From the NCBI RefSeq assembly GCF_009914755.1, contig NC_060930.1: a stretch of 64,000 nucleotides of DNA. One strand, written 5' to 3'. This document shows, piece by piece, positions 13,995 through 28,877 of this stretch. The stretch's first letter is position 1. Each line of letters begins with the position of its first letter. The DNA comes from the human T2T-CHM13v2.0 reference genome, Homo sapiens. A model generated the notes under the pieces. That model made no database searches, had not been told where the DNA came from, and saw only the letters and a list, made by a program, of their open reading frames with translations. Made by a program: the position numbers and the translations under genes.

Positions 13995-14391
13995 TAAGTG
14001 CTGACAGAAGACAACAGAGACCTGGGTCAGAGACACAGGATCTTATTAGCCTTGGCACAGATAGCAGTATGAGCATTAGCATGTTGTGTCAGTTCCCTCC
14101 TTGCTCCTTAGTCCCATGGAGTGGAGGGGAGGGTGTTTTGCTGAGGGCCTAGATAATTCCTGCAACAGGCAGTGAATTGTGTTACAGGAAAATAGCTCTG
14201 AGCTTGTGAAATCTGCCATTTTATAGCCAGACATAAGCAAGTCTGCTTTTTGTCTCGAGGGAGACATTGTCTCATCTTTCAAGGTTGCTCACTACACACA
14301 CAACCTTGAGAAATGGTTAGGGCCTCGCATTCTTGGCATACTCAGCAAGATGTGATGGAGAGACCCATGGAGGGGCTTGTCTCTCCCAACA
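13995..14391. mobile_element. Probable ERVL-class solo LTR (MER54/MER74-like)
   Basis: LTR-like composition ending in ...tctctcccaaca; family recognised by eye only. Confidence 0.4.
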
Positions 14392-15933
14392 GGGGGCATT
14401 TACCGGACATTAGACCTTAAAGAACCGGGCTTCCTCCCTTTGTTTCAGTTGGCTTCTGTCCACTGAAGTCATCCACCACTTCAACAAAACTACATCTGAA
14501 GCACATTGTTCAGTTGCTTAAAACTTAAATTGTCTCAAGACCATTTCAATATGGGGATTTTGGATCATCCTGAAAATGGTGAAAAATCTAATTTATGGAT
14601 TTTTAGATACAGCCCAAATATTCACATATTTGTGCTTGGCTAATATAATTTTTTACCCATCTTTTGAACAGATTTCAAAAAAAAAGTTTTTTCTTAAATA
14701 CTTTTACTAGTGGAAGTTTTATGTCTCAAGCACTCTTGGTTTTCCACTTGGGAAATATCTATTCCAAATAGAAAATCATTTTGGAGAATATAACTTTGAA
14801 CACCATTTTTTAAAAGAATAACAATTAGCTGACAAAAAGACACACAGCTTCAAGGTTATAGCTCTGTTTCAGAAGAAAGGTCTGTGAAAACTAAGACTGA
14901 AGCTTGTATGTGTTAAAACATACTTCCCCATAATTAAAAACTTCATGTTTCTTGCCTGTGATATTACTTACAAACACTCCTCTGCTCTCAACTGTGAGAA
15001 TCAGATTAATGAAACTTAAAAACATTTCTTAGAGTGATCATCACATCTTCCCATACCTAAACTTTGGCTGAGACCCAGCTTCTGCCTCTAAGGTTGCCAC
15101 CTTCTGGTTTAGTGGAGTGTCTAGGACAGCTTGGTACCTTCTCTCCATCACCCATCATTACCATTACAATTCTGTCCCAGACACTGGAATCTGCAGTTTC
15201 AGTCTCAGTTTTTCTTACCAGTTAGACAGCTAGCCCAGTCATTTCCTGTTTCAATTCCCACTGAAGAACCTCTGAAACATTCACCAGTGCAAGCAACTTG
15301 AAAATGCTTAAGTCCGGCCCCCTTCCTTTTAGGCCGTCATTTGTTTCAATACGTTGTGCTAGACTGCCCAGAGTCCTGTAGCAGGCAGTATGCACACCCC
15401 ATTGAAATATTTATTTCATCCTCTACAACAAAATTTTTATGGTCTTATGCCAAATATGAGCTGGCTCTACTCCTCCTCCAGTTCCTTAAATTCTCTCATG
15501 TGTCTTTTAGACTCCATTATATTCCTATCATTTCTACTTCTCACACTAGTTTGCATGGTGTCACAATGGAATAGTGATGGTATCAGTGGAAAAATACCAC
15601 ACAGTTTAAGACTATAAAATTTATTTAGCAGTCAAGGTTGCAGAAATGTATCCACATGGAGACACTTGCACAAAACAGAAGATAATAGAGCATATTCCCA
15701 GATGAAGCTGTAAGTTTTTTTGGCCTTTGAGGGCCCATTAGGTGACAAAGATAGCACCTGATCAAGATAAGGATCCCATTAGATCACCTTTGTCATTCTT
15801 AGGTGAGTGGGTTTATACCCTCCTGGTAAGTCTTGATTGCTGTGGAGACTCTGGCTATATGCCTGCCTGCTTGCCAGGTACAATTACCAGGTGCAAACCC
15901 TAAGCCATGACTGAATGTTTATTGTCAGTGTAA

Positions 15934-16353
<420 letters not shown>

Positions 16354-18077
16354 TGAGGTTCTGACTGTTGTCTGGCTAATTCCTCAGTCTGGGGAAGGGA
16401 TGAAGATATTTGGGATATTTCTGATGTTTACAGATTATGTTTTACTTCTTCTTAGCATCATGGCACAGAAGAACATTTAGGTTTTTCTACATAAGAAATA
16501 ATCAGAAATGAAAATATTTACAGATGAAATAATACAATGTCTAGGATTTGCTTCAAAATAATCCAGTGTAGGAGAATTGAGGGGAGGTATAGAGGAAACA
16601 AGATTGACCATGCCATGTATTGAGTGGGTGATTTTACATTGGGGTTTTAATAGAACTATTCTCTTCACATGTGTTTATGTGTAAAATTTTTCATAATCAA
16701 AAGATTTTTAAAAAGATAGCCTTCTCTGTTTTTTTCTGATCATGCTTACTGCAGTTTTAAGTCTATTGATCTTCCCAACGAAACTGCTTTTGTTGTGTTG
16801 ATTTTCTCTATTATTACTTTCTGTTTTCTATATCCTTAATTTCTGAACTTTCATTATTTCCTTTCTTCTGCTTAGTTTGGATTTAATTTGCTCTTCCTTT
16901 TCTAGTTTTTTAAGGTAGAAGATTAAGTCCTTGATTTTAAACCTTTCTGCTCTCATATAAGCACTTTCAAACTAAACTTTAGCTGCATCTCACATGTTTT
17001 ATTATGTCATGTTTTCTCTCCTGATTTATTTTTTGGCCCATGGGTTATTAAAAGTGTGTTATTTACTTTCTGAACGTTTGGTGATTTTTTTATACATCTT
17101 TCTGTTAATGATTCCCAGATTTAACTAATTATGGTTACAGAATCTATGTTGTATGATTTGAATCCTTTTGAATTTATTGAGGCTTGCTTTATGGCCCAGA
17201 ATATGATGCATCTTGGAACAAGTTTCTCATGCACTTGATGATGTATTCTGCTATTGTTAGTAGTGTGTACTTTAAAGGCCATTGGGTCAAGTTGGTTGAC
17301 AGGGTTGTTCAAGTCTCCTATATTCTTACTGATTTTTTGTCTTCTTTTTCTATTAAGTATTGAGAAAGAGGTGCTGAAATTTCCAAGTATAATTATGGAT
17401 TTTTCTATTTCCTCTTACAGTTCTGTCTGGTTTTGCTTCATGTATTTTGAAGCTCTGTTATTAGGTATATAAATGTTTAGGATTGATATGTTCTCTTGAT
17501 GAATTGACCTCTTCATAAGTATGAAATGAACCTCATTATTCCTGGTAATATTCCTTCTACTATGCTTAATATTAATGTAGCCACTTCAGCTTTTTTAAAA
17601 TTAGTGTTTGCATGATATGTCTTTTCTCATCTTTTTTACTTTCAGCCTATCTGTGTCTTTATATTAAAATGGGTTTCTTGTTGGCAACATATATTTGGGT
17701 ATTTATTTTTTATGCAATCTGACAATCTTTTTCTTTTAATTGGGGATATTTAAACCATTTACACTTGATGTGATTGTTGATATGGCTGGGTTTAAATATA
17801 CTATCTTGCTACTTGTTTTTTTTGTATTTTTTAGAAAAAAATTATTGAGATACAATTCACTCTTTTAAAGTCTATAACTCAGTGGTTTGTTAGTATATTT
17901 AGAGTTGTACTACCATCACCACTATCTAATTTCAGAACACTTTTATCACCCCAGAAAGAAACCCATAACCGTTAGCAGTCATACCTCTCACCCCTCTACC
18001 CTCTGCCAATCTACCTTCTCTATGGAATTTGCCTATTTTATACATCTCATATAAATGGAATCACATAAGATGTAATA

Positions 18078-18418
18078 TAATCATGCACCGCATAGTAATA
18101 TTTTAGCCAATGATGGACCATAGCATAGATATGATGGTGGTCACATAAGATTATAATACTGTATTTTTATTGTATCTTTTCTATGTTTAGATACACAAAT
18201 ACTTGCCATTATATTACAGTTGCTTACAATATTCAGTACAGTAAAATGCTGTATAGGTTTATAGCCCAGGAGCATTAGGCTATACCGTACACCACAAGTG
18301 CGTAGCAGGCTATGCCATCTAGGTTTGTGTCAGTATACTCTTATCATGTCTGTATGATGACAAAATCACCTAACAACACTCTTAAAACATATCACCATTG
18401 TTAAGTAATGTGCCACTG
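18078..18418. mobile_element. Tigger3a-type MITE
   Basis: Ends (t)aatcatgcaccgcata ... gttaagtaatgtgccactg, TA flanks, ~340 bp, characteristic ggtggtc.cataagattataatactgtattttta. Confidence 0.8.
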
Positions 18419-18432
18419 TATATACGATGCAT

Positions 18433-18491
18433 ATTACTTCTCAGTCTTTTGTTTAAGATCAAGTGTGTTATCTGTTGTTACCAGTTTAATA
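18433..18491 (+). pseudogene. 3'-truncated U2 snRNA pseudogene (U2 nt 1-59)
   Basis: attacttctcagtcttttgtttaagatcaagtgtgttatctgttgttaccagtttaata aligns without gaps to U2 ATCGCTTCTCGGCCTTTTGGCTAAGATCAAGTGTAGTATCTGTTCTTATCAGTTTAATA with 10 mismatches in 59 nt. Confidence 0.85.
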
Positions 18492-19829
18492 CTATAAGAT
18501 GTGGTCTTTGTTCCTGGCTTCTTTCACTTAGCATAATGTTTTCAAAGTTAATCCATGTTGTTTGCTTTTTGTTTTCTATTGTCCCATCTGTTCTTTTTTC
18601 CAATTTCCCCCTTTTTCTGACTTCATATTAGTTATTTTTTTAAGATTCCCTTTTACTTCTTATTAGCTATACCTCCTTGATTTTTTTCTTTTAATAGTCA
18701 CTTTAGGGCATAGCGTAAGCACCTTTAACTTATCATAGCTTGCCTTCAAGTAAGAGTACAACACTTGATGTATAACATAAAAACCTATAGTATACTTCCA
18801 TTTTTACTATCCCGGGCTTTGTGCTTTTATTGTCTTTTTTGTTATTTTATTATGTAATTGTGTATTTTATTATATAATATTATTATATGCAGTACTTTAT
18901 TATCTTTTTAGGTTATAAACTCCATAATACATTGTCATTACTTTTGCTTAAACAGTCAATAATCCTTTAAAGAGATTTTTAAAATAAGAAAAAGTCTTTT
19001 AATTTACCTACATATTTACTATTTCTTGTATTCTTCATTCTGTTATATAGATTGAAATTTCCCCCGATATAATTTCTCTTTTTCCTAAAGGACACGGTTT
19101 AACATTTCTTATAGTAGTGGTCTGCTGGTGATGAATTTTCTCATATTAAAGTTTTTGTTTTGCTTTTATTTTTGAAAGATTTTTGCTGGCTAGAGAATTC
19201 TAGGCTGATAGGCTGGCTGGCTTTCCTTTCTTCCTTCCCCCTTTTCTTCCTTCCTTCCTCTCTCTTTCTTCCTTCCTTCACTTTTTCTCTATAGTACTTT
19301 GGCGATGTTGCTTTCTTCTCTTCTGGCTTGCATTGTTTCTCATGAAAAGTCTACTGGCATTCTTTGTCCTTCTCTGCATAAGGATATAAGTCTTATCACT
19401 GGCTGCTTCTACAATTTTATTTTTATCTTGGTTTTAAACAGTTTTATTATGATGTGCATTGGTGTGGTTTTCAGCATGTTTCTTTTGCCTGGATTTGGTT
19501 GTGCTTCTTGGATGTGTGGGTTTATAGTTTTCAATTAGTTTGGAGAATTTTCTCTTATTTCTTTACAATTTCTCCCCATCCCTTCCCCTCCTCTTCAATT
19601 TCTGGGACTCCAGTTACACTTATATTAGACCTCTTTATATTATCCCACAGCTCACTGATGCTCTGTTCACTTTTTTCATTCTTTTTTTCTTCCTGTGTTT
19701 GTGTTTCATTTTGGGTAGTTTCTTTTGCAGTGTCTAATCTGTTATTAATTATAATCCAGTGTATTTGTCCATGTTAGAGGTGGCATTTTTCCTTTTTAAA
19801 AGCTAAACTTGGGTTTCTTTCCCTTTTCT

Positions 19830-19953
19830 TTTCTTTTTTAAAAGGCAAAGTCTTGCTATGTTGCCCAGGCTGGTCTTGAACTCCTGGACTCAAGAGATTC
19901 TCCCCCCTTAGCCTCTCAGTAGTTGGGACTATAGACACACACCACCATGCTGC
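19830..19953 (-). mobile_element. FLAM Alu monomer
   Basis: Monomeric Alu; TSD gggtttcttt. Confidence 0.85.
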
Positions 19954-20939
19954 GGGGGTTTCTTTTTTATATCTTCTTTGTTCTTATACTCATGCCTTCC
20001 TCTACCTTATTGAGTATATGCAGCATATTTATAATTGCAGTTTTAATGTCTTTGTCTACTAATACTATCATCTATGTCATTTCTGGGTCTGTTTCTATTG
20101 ATAAGTTTTTGTCCTTTTTATGAGCTGATTTTCCTGCCTTTCATGCTTTTTTTTTATTGTGTTTCAGATACTGTGAATTTTATATTGTCGGGTACTGGAG
20201 TTTTTTGTATTCCTTTAAGTACTTTGAGACTTTGTTCTGGGACACAGTTAAGTTACTTGGAAACAATTTTATCCTCTTGAGGCTAGGCTTTGTAAAGCAG
20301 AACCAGAGTGCCTTTATTCTAGGGCTAATTATTCCTGAAGCAATACCCTTCTGAGAATTCCACCTGATACCCTATGCTTTAGTAGGACTTTCCTCTGACT
20401 AGAGGGAACATGAACTATTCCTGGCCATGTATGAGCTCCAGGGGTAATGCTTTGTGATTCCAGTGGGTCCTCTCCCACCTGCCCGTTTCAAGTAGTTGCT
20501 TATGCATACACAGTTTAGTACTCAACTAAAGACTCAGGGAAGCCCTCTGCAGATCACTGGACTTCTGTCTCTATATCTTTTTTTCCAGTATTATACCTTG
20601 CAAATTCTAGCTGTGCTAGCCTCCCCAAATGCTGAATTCTATTTTCTCAGCCTCCTAAATGCTGAGTGTATTTGTGTCCCTATTCCTGAAGTCTGGAAAC
20701 TCACTAGGCAGTAAATTGAGGCTGAACTGATTTGTTTCCCTTTCCCTGGGGATCGCTGTACTGTGCTTTTTGTTATCCAGTGTCTGCAAACCATTGTTTC
20801 ATATATTTTAGATTGTTTCGGTTGTTTAAGGCAGATAGGTAACTCTGGGCCCTCTTATTCCCATCATGGCCAGAAGTGGAAGTGTCTAGACCATTATTCT
20901 GAAAAATTGGTAAATAAAAGGAAAGAATCAAGTATTTTT

Positions 20940-21525
20940 TCCTGCCTGTTTTAAAATAACTGATCCATAGTATAACATAATAGTTGATGAGGGGAAGCTT
21001 CTCTTTATAAAAGTTTTCTAGGTAGCAATTGAAAAAATGTTGAGAGAATTATAATAGAATTAGAATATCACCATTTTGTAAAACACTCATAATTTAATGG
21101 ATCTAGTTAATGATCACAAATTCTATAATAATTGCTACAAAATGAAACCTGAATTTTATCCATTTACAGGAAATATAGGGGCAATGGAATATGTTCAATA
21201 ACATCACAGGAATACATCCATCAAAATGTAGACTGTAGATTTTTTAAATGACATAAATCAATTGCTTCTTCAACAAATAAATAAGAAAGAGAGAGATGGA
21301 TAGGGAACCTTTAGTTTAAAGGAGACGTAGAAACATATCAACAAATTACAGTGCATGGGCCTTATGTGGATCCTGAATCACACAAACTATAAGAATGAAA
21401 ACAAAGACAAAACAAAAAAAAAGCTACAGCGCAATAAAAAATGCAAATACTACAGGATGTTTCATGACATTGAGGAATTATTGTTAACTTTGTTAGGTGT
21501 GATAGGGTATTATACTTATTTTTAA
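20940..21525 (+). mobile_element. Old L1MC/ME-type 3' end
   Basis: ttgatgaggggaagcttctctttata, ggatcctgaatcacacaaac and ggaattattgttaactttgttaggtgtgata motifs. Confidence 0.55.
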
Positions 21526-21944
21526 AATTTATTTTTATGGCTTTATCAAGATGCAATTTTAAATGACATAAATCAATTGCTTCTTCAATAAATAAATAAG
21601 AAAAAGATAGAGAGATGGATAGGGAACCTTTAGTTTAAAGGAGACGTAGATAATAAAGATTAGTAGAAATTAATGAAATAGAGAATAGAAAAACATCAGG
21701 AACCTATTTGTATCTCTGAATCTAAAACCTGTCTCCTATAGACAGCATGTAGTTGGGTCTTTTTTTATCCAGTGTGACAATCTCTGCTTTTTGATTAAAT
21801 TGTTTAATTCATTTGCAAATTATGTTATTATAGATGGAATTAAATTTACATTTGCTTTTTACTTTTTGTTTTCTTTATGTTTCTTGTTCATTTCCCCTCA
21901 TCTGTTCTTCCTTTACTGCTTTCTCTTACATTAAGTGTTTTCTG

Positions 21945-22378
<434 letters not shown>

Positions 22379-22789
22379 AAATCTGACTTCTTAGTAACAT
22401 TTTAATTTTTTGAATAATTTTTTTCATTGTATTTTTGTTACTTTCTTAGTGAAGAACTATTTATTTCTATGAGAAATACAAAGTATTCAAACTGAGATGT
22501 CTCAGATTCAAATCAAAGCATTGTGTGTTGCCATATGTTTTTGATAAGTAGCTGATCAGTAATGGTAATGAATCTGTGCTCAAAGAACACCTGGGAGGGG
22601 GAAGGGCTCTGTGGTGGGGAAATATAGTTGGTTCTCAAAAGTAGATGCACGGTAGTATCTTTGTCATAAGAACTCCTGTTGATATTTTATGAATGAGTAA
22701 AGCCCTGTTGTACACTTATAACTGTATATTATAAACAACTACAAAACAACAACTTTTTGTTTTGTATTTTATAGGACATGATCCAGTAG

Positions 22790-23137
<348 letters not shown>

Positions 23138-23155
23138 TGAAAATCACAAAAGGCT

Positions 23156-23802
<647 letters not shown>

Positions 23803-24351
23803 TTAGATGTCCTTCTAAATCTTTATTAATTAATCTTGCATTAACTCAAAAACTACTGAACTAGAAATTAATTTCACTATTTGAAACAGCACCTATAAAG
23901 TGGTACAGCAACAAAAGAAGTCCATCTAATATAGACTTCAGTACCAGGTTCCACCAGTCAGTTTAGTATGCCTTTTATCTCCTATTCCTTTATTGAATAG
24001 TGTTTGTTTTCCAGCAGGAGAACCAGAATAGAGCTGGCCCACTAAATCCAGCTAAACACATGGACAAAATATCCAATTGTATGGCCACAGTCATCTAGTA
24101 GAGTGTAAATAATAATTGTGTATATATATAATGTGTATATTAGTAGATAATATGTATTCTTACACGTATAAAAATACGGAAGAGGGTATTTAGATTTCCT
24201 TAGAATTTTCATTGCATTATTTCATCTCCAAATAGATCACAGTTATAACTGAAGATCAATCTGCTGCATAAGAAAAGCTGATCTGGCAAAAACCCTAGGT
24301 CTTTAGTTATTTGCTGTGTTCATTTTTAGCTATTAAAACTCCCTGGCCTCA

Positions 24352-24629
24352 GCCGGGTGCAGTGACTCACGCCTGTAATCCAGCACTGTGGGAGGCTGAG
24401 ACTGGGTGGATCAATTGAGGTCAGGAGTTCAAGATAGCTTGGCCAACATGGTGAAACCCCATCTCTACTAAAAATACGAAAATTAGCCAGGTATGGTGGT
24501 GCATGCCTGTAATCTCAGCTACTCAGGAGGCTGAGGCAGGAGAATTGCCTGAACCTGCAAGGCAGAGGTTACAGTGAACTGAGATCACGCCACTGCACTC
24601 CAGCCTGGGTGACAGAGTGAGACTCTGTC

Positions 24630-24655
<26 letters not shown>
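24352..24655 (+). mobile_element. AluS
   Basis: Alu with long A tail; TSD aaaa(c)tccctggcctc. Confidence 0.95.
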
Positions 24656-24660
<5 letters not shown>

Positions 24661-26999
24661 GGCCTCTGGCCTCTCTTTCCCAAGTGGATGTGACCGTCTT
24701 TTTCTCCTGAAGAGAGGTTAGAGCTTTTTACTCTCCAACTTCTTCTCCCTCCTTTTTTTTTTTTTTGAAATCTTCAATCATTATATCCTTTCTGAAATTC
24801 CATTTTAAAAAGAAGTATTTTTATATCTACCAAGTTGCAATTCTAGATGTCATGGTACTGATTTATTTGGGGAAAAATACAATATATAGATTTGATAGAA
24901 ATTTTATATGGGAGTTTGTGGCTGAGAAGAGGAGGTGAAGGTCTGGAATTTGAGAGCTAAGGGTGCTAGATACCACTTTCTGCATAATGTACAGGTCAAG
25001 ATTAATGGAACCAGGTAAGTTACTCTCCAGGTGATTGAGAAGGGTGGGAAATTTAGAGACTGAAATGGATCTCTGAACAGTCAGTTAAGCCTTTGAGTGA
25101 TTGAGAAGATAAATACTCAGACAAAATCCATTCTAACAACTGATTTCGTTATGTAAAACAAACCTACAGGATTTGAAATGCAACCAAGTCTGTTTTATAT
25201 TAAGGCAAGTATAAACCAACTTAATTTTAGACCTGCCTCCAGCCCCAGATTATGTTTGGTATAAGGACAAAGAGCTGTACAGCATGAATGCGCAGGCAAT
25301 CAGTAGAGTGAGAAGGCTCACTGCCAGGGAAGTTTGGCAAAGAACTCTAAGAGGAAGGGGAAATTTCTGCGTCGAATCAACTTTGGCTCTCTGGAATAGA
25401 GAACATGGAGAGAGAGGGACTAAGGAAAGCCAACCCTATTCTACTTGTTGATACCTTAACAAGCTGTTGATTTTTGAAAAGGGATAAAGAAGCAAAGTGT
25501 GGGTAGCATTCTGTTCCCTTGAGTCAATCCTAATGAAGTAGGAGGTTCTTGAAGAAATTAATTTCCATTTAAATTCATGCGTGACCCTCTTCCAGAAACC
25601 CCCAAGTGTTTTGGAATTTTTGTTGAGAATTTCAAATGATCCAGCAATAATAAGGTCTTTTTTGACATGTTCTGTTTCTTTGAGAGTCTAAGTTTTATGT
25701 TGAATGCCTGATTTTAGCTGTAGAAATTTTCTCAAAATGGAAATGACTTGATTACTTTCCTCTCTGTTCACTAATTTAATATGGAAAAATAAATCATGAT
25801 TCTCATACTCGCAAAGCACTCAGGCTTTTCATCCAGGGTACTGTACTCACAGGATTCCTGTAGGAGTCGATGCCAAATTTCCTGGCAACTGAACAGTGGT
25901 CGATTCCAGGGTTTTTCTGACTTAAAGACACAGTGGTACTACTCAATAGAAAATAGAAACCTGCCCCTCCGCTGCAGTTTCTGAGTTTAACAAAAGGTGA
26001 CAGAAGCAATGAAATGGATGGGTTTTATCAGGGCATTGCACAACAAAAGAAAAAAGAGCCCATCTTCTGTTGAGCTTTGCTCCTCAACCCTACCTCCCAA
26101 CCCCCTCCCCTCAAAAAACAAAAAACAAACAAAAAAAAACACTTGAAAAGAGTGACTCTGCTTCTTCATCAGATATGACTTCAGTTTCTTTACTGTGATC
26201 AATGTTTGATTATCAGTGGGTAGACTTTCTTGTTTGCATTGTCTGCACAAAGGCCTACTTTATAGTAGCATCCCACTGATGGGGCAATTACTCAGAATGG
26301 AGCTGTTTCACAGGAATGAAAGGAAGTCACTTAAATTCTTTATCCTTACTCAGTGTCTGTCTCTCCTTAGGAGAAGGAAGAGGAGATGATTTATAGCAAC
26401 TGAACTTAATTTATTTATTTCCACCTGATCATTTTTATGCTACCCAGGTCACTATTAGTCAAGATACTCTTCTTTGTGGTTAAAATGGAATTATACAAAG
26501 CTGAACGGGATATTTTCTTCTATGCTATGTGACATTATATTCTTGTGGCCCCAAAAGAAAACTCTAAATTTAGCTCCTTATTTACACTGAAAAAGAAAAT
26601 CATGTTAAATTTAGTGCCGTCTTCATGCTGTGGTCTTTCCATACAACTACTGTTGACTACCAGATGTCTCTACTTCCTCAAATTTTACTGGTTAGGCTGG
26701 AATATCTTTCAATTATGTTTACAGTTTGAGTTTAATTTTAATCACTGTTTGTATTTTTATATAATCTATATCCTTGCATATTTTTTGTACATTTGTTTTT
26801 CATATAGGCTTGTTGCTGACCTTAGGTCTTATGTCCCAAATACCAGATTTTTAAAAATGAGATAATCCTGGTCCTTCTTTAGAGCCTCACAAGCATGGAT
26901 ATATTTCTGAATAGAGATTTTTAGTGTAAGGCAATGTTACTATCTTTTTAAATGGTTTCACTACAGAACTAACAAGAGGGCCCTAGAGTCATAGAGTCA

Positions 27000-27022
27000 C
27001 TGCTGCTGCTGCTGCTGCTGCT
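27000..27022. repeat. (CTG)7 trinucleotide repeat
   Basis: Read directly. Confidence 0.9.
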
Positions 27023-27243
27023 AAAGTTTTTACAATAAAGTTGTGTTCTTAAATTTTCCTACTTTAAAAAGTGAAGATATCTTGAAGCACGGGTTTTAAA
27101 ATTTTATGTGTATCATGACAATTGAGAAAATGTTTCTAGATTAACTATTTTGTTTATTTTTAATTTTTAATTAGTTCTTTTAATTTAATTTAACTTTTTT
27201 AAAGAGTTATGTTTAACACTTTAAAACATAGTGACACTTTTTT

Positions 27244-27350
27244 AAAGTGTCACTATGTTGCCCAGGCTGGCCTCAAACTCCTGGGCTCAAGTGATCCTCT
27301 TGACTCAGCCTCCCTAGTAGCTGAGACTATAGGCATGAGTCACTACACTA
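27244..27350 (-). mobile_element. FLAM Alu monomer
   Basis: cactatgttgcccaggctggcctcaaactcctgggctcaagtgatcctc... Confidence 0.85.
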
Positions 27351-27444
27351 TGGATTAAGTCTTTTGTTAAATTAAATTACATTTGTGTTTTTATGCCCAA
27401 TCCTTGTTAAAAAATAAACTTGAGGCAACTTATATTGAAGTCAT

Positions 27445-28345
27445 TTATAATTTATCCACCATAATCACTAAAATGGAAGAGATGGAAAATGCCAAGTATT
27501 GGCAAGGATGTGGAGAAAATGGAACTCTTTTTTGTATCACTGGTGGGAGTATAAATTGCTACAACCAATTGGAAAACTGGCAACATCTCCTACACTGAAC
27601 ATAGGTATACCCCATATGCAGCAATTCTAGCCATATGCCCAACAGATATGTATATATGAGTTTACCAAAAGGAATGTACTAGAATGTTCATGGTAGCACT
27701 ATTCACAGTATCCCCAAAATGTGAACTACACAAATGCTCATTGTTGTGGACTGAATTGTGTCCCCCAAAATTCACAGGTTGAAGCCCTTACCCCAGTGGA
27801 ACTATATTTGGAGATAGGGCCTTTAAGGAGGTACCTAAGATTAACTGAAGTCATAAGGATAGGGCCTTAATCCAATAGGACTGGTGTTCTCATAAGAAAA
27901 GGCAGAGACCCCAGGAGTGCGTGCACACAGAGGAAAGAAAGGCCACATGAGGACATAGTGAAGGCGGCCGTCTGCAAGCCAGAAAGAGAGCCCTCACCAA
28001 AAATCGATCCTGGCAGCACCTTGATCTTGGCCTCTAGCCTCCAGAACTGTGTGAGAAAAAAAAATTATATATATATATTTTTTAAAATATATATATTTTA
28101 ACAAATATATTTTAAAAAATATATATATTTTAAACTATATATATATATGTTGTTTAAGCCACCCAGTCTGTGGTATTTTGTTATGGGAGCCCTAGCAGAC
28201 AAATGCACCCATCACCGGTAAAATGATAATAAATTGTGATATTTTTATGCAATACAATACAGTGACAAAAATAAACAAACTACTTCTACACACATCAATA
28301 TAGATGAATCTCACAAACATAATATTGAGTGAGAGAAGTCACATG
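27445..28345 (+). mobile_element. Old L1ME 3' region interrupted by MLT1B
   Basis: gccaagtattggcaaggatgtggagaaa and gatgaatctcacaaacataatattgagtga. Confidence 0.75.
27742..28207 (+). mobile_element. MLT1B MaLR solo LTR with an internal AT-rich expansion (28066-28148)
   Basis: Starts tgttgtggactgaattgtgtccccc, ends ...gccctagcagacaaatgca; 5-bp TSD ctcat/cccat. Confidence 0.85.
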
Positions 28346-28589
28346 CATGTGAATAAGGGAAATGAGCTTATATGAAGCAATATGTACTTATGCCCAGCTT
28401 GAAATTGATTTAGGATGCACTCTTAGAGATTTGACCAATGTCAGTGCAAAATCAAAGAATTTTCCTGTGTCTGGAATATTTGTCAACCAGCAAAGATCAG
28501 GACTGTCAGGGTAATTAATGCATTGTGTTTCAGAAGTTTTTAATTTTAAAAATAATAACTTTTACATATTAAATATTTGAGGTACTTAC

Positions 28590-28877
28590 TTTTTTTTTTT
28601 TTTTGAGGTGGAGTTTCGCTCTTATTGCCAAAGCTGCAGTGCAATGGCACGATCTTGGCTCACTGCAACTTCCTGCTTTCCGGGTTCAAATGATTCTGCC
28701 TCAGCCTGCCAAGTAGCTGGGATTACAGGCCCCCGCCACCACACCTGGCTAGTTTTTTAATATTTTTAGTAGAGATGGAGTTTCGCCATATTAGCTAGGC
28801 TGGTCTCAAACTCCTGACCTCAGGTGATCCACCCACCTCAGCCTCCCAAAGTGCTGGGATTACAGGTGTGAGCCACT
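28590..28877 (-). mobile_element. AluS
   Basis: Alu consensus; TSD ggtacttac. Confidence 0.95.

Larger units (their letters stand above)
16730..20890 (-). mobile_element. Large old L1M fragment (ORF2 5' part through 5' region) with nested L1MB 3' end, Tigger3a, U2 pseudogene and FLAM
   Basis: T-rich antisense L1; degenerate endonuclease-domain remnants at 17121-17700; nested L1MB-type 3' end ~17830-18560. Confidence 0.75.

Noticed and set aside
27000-27022. (CTG)7 as an expansion locus
   Set aside because: Short, deep intronic and common.
28066-28148. Quasi-palindromic AT block inside MLT1B
   Set aside because: Low-complexity slippage expansion; the symmetry follows from composition.
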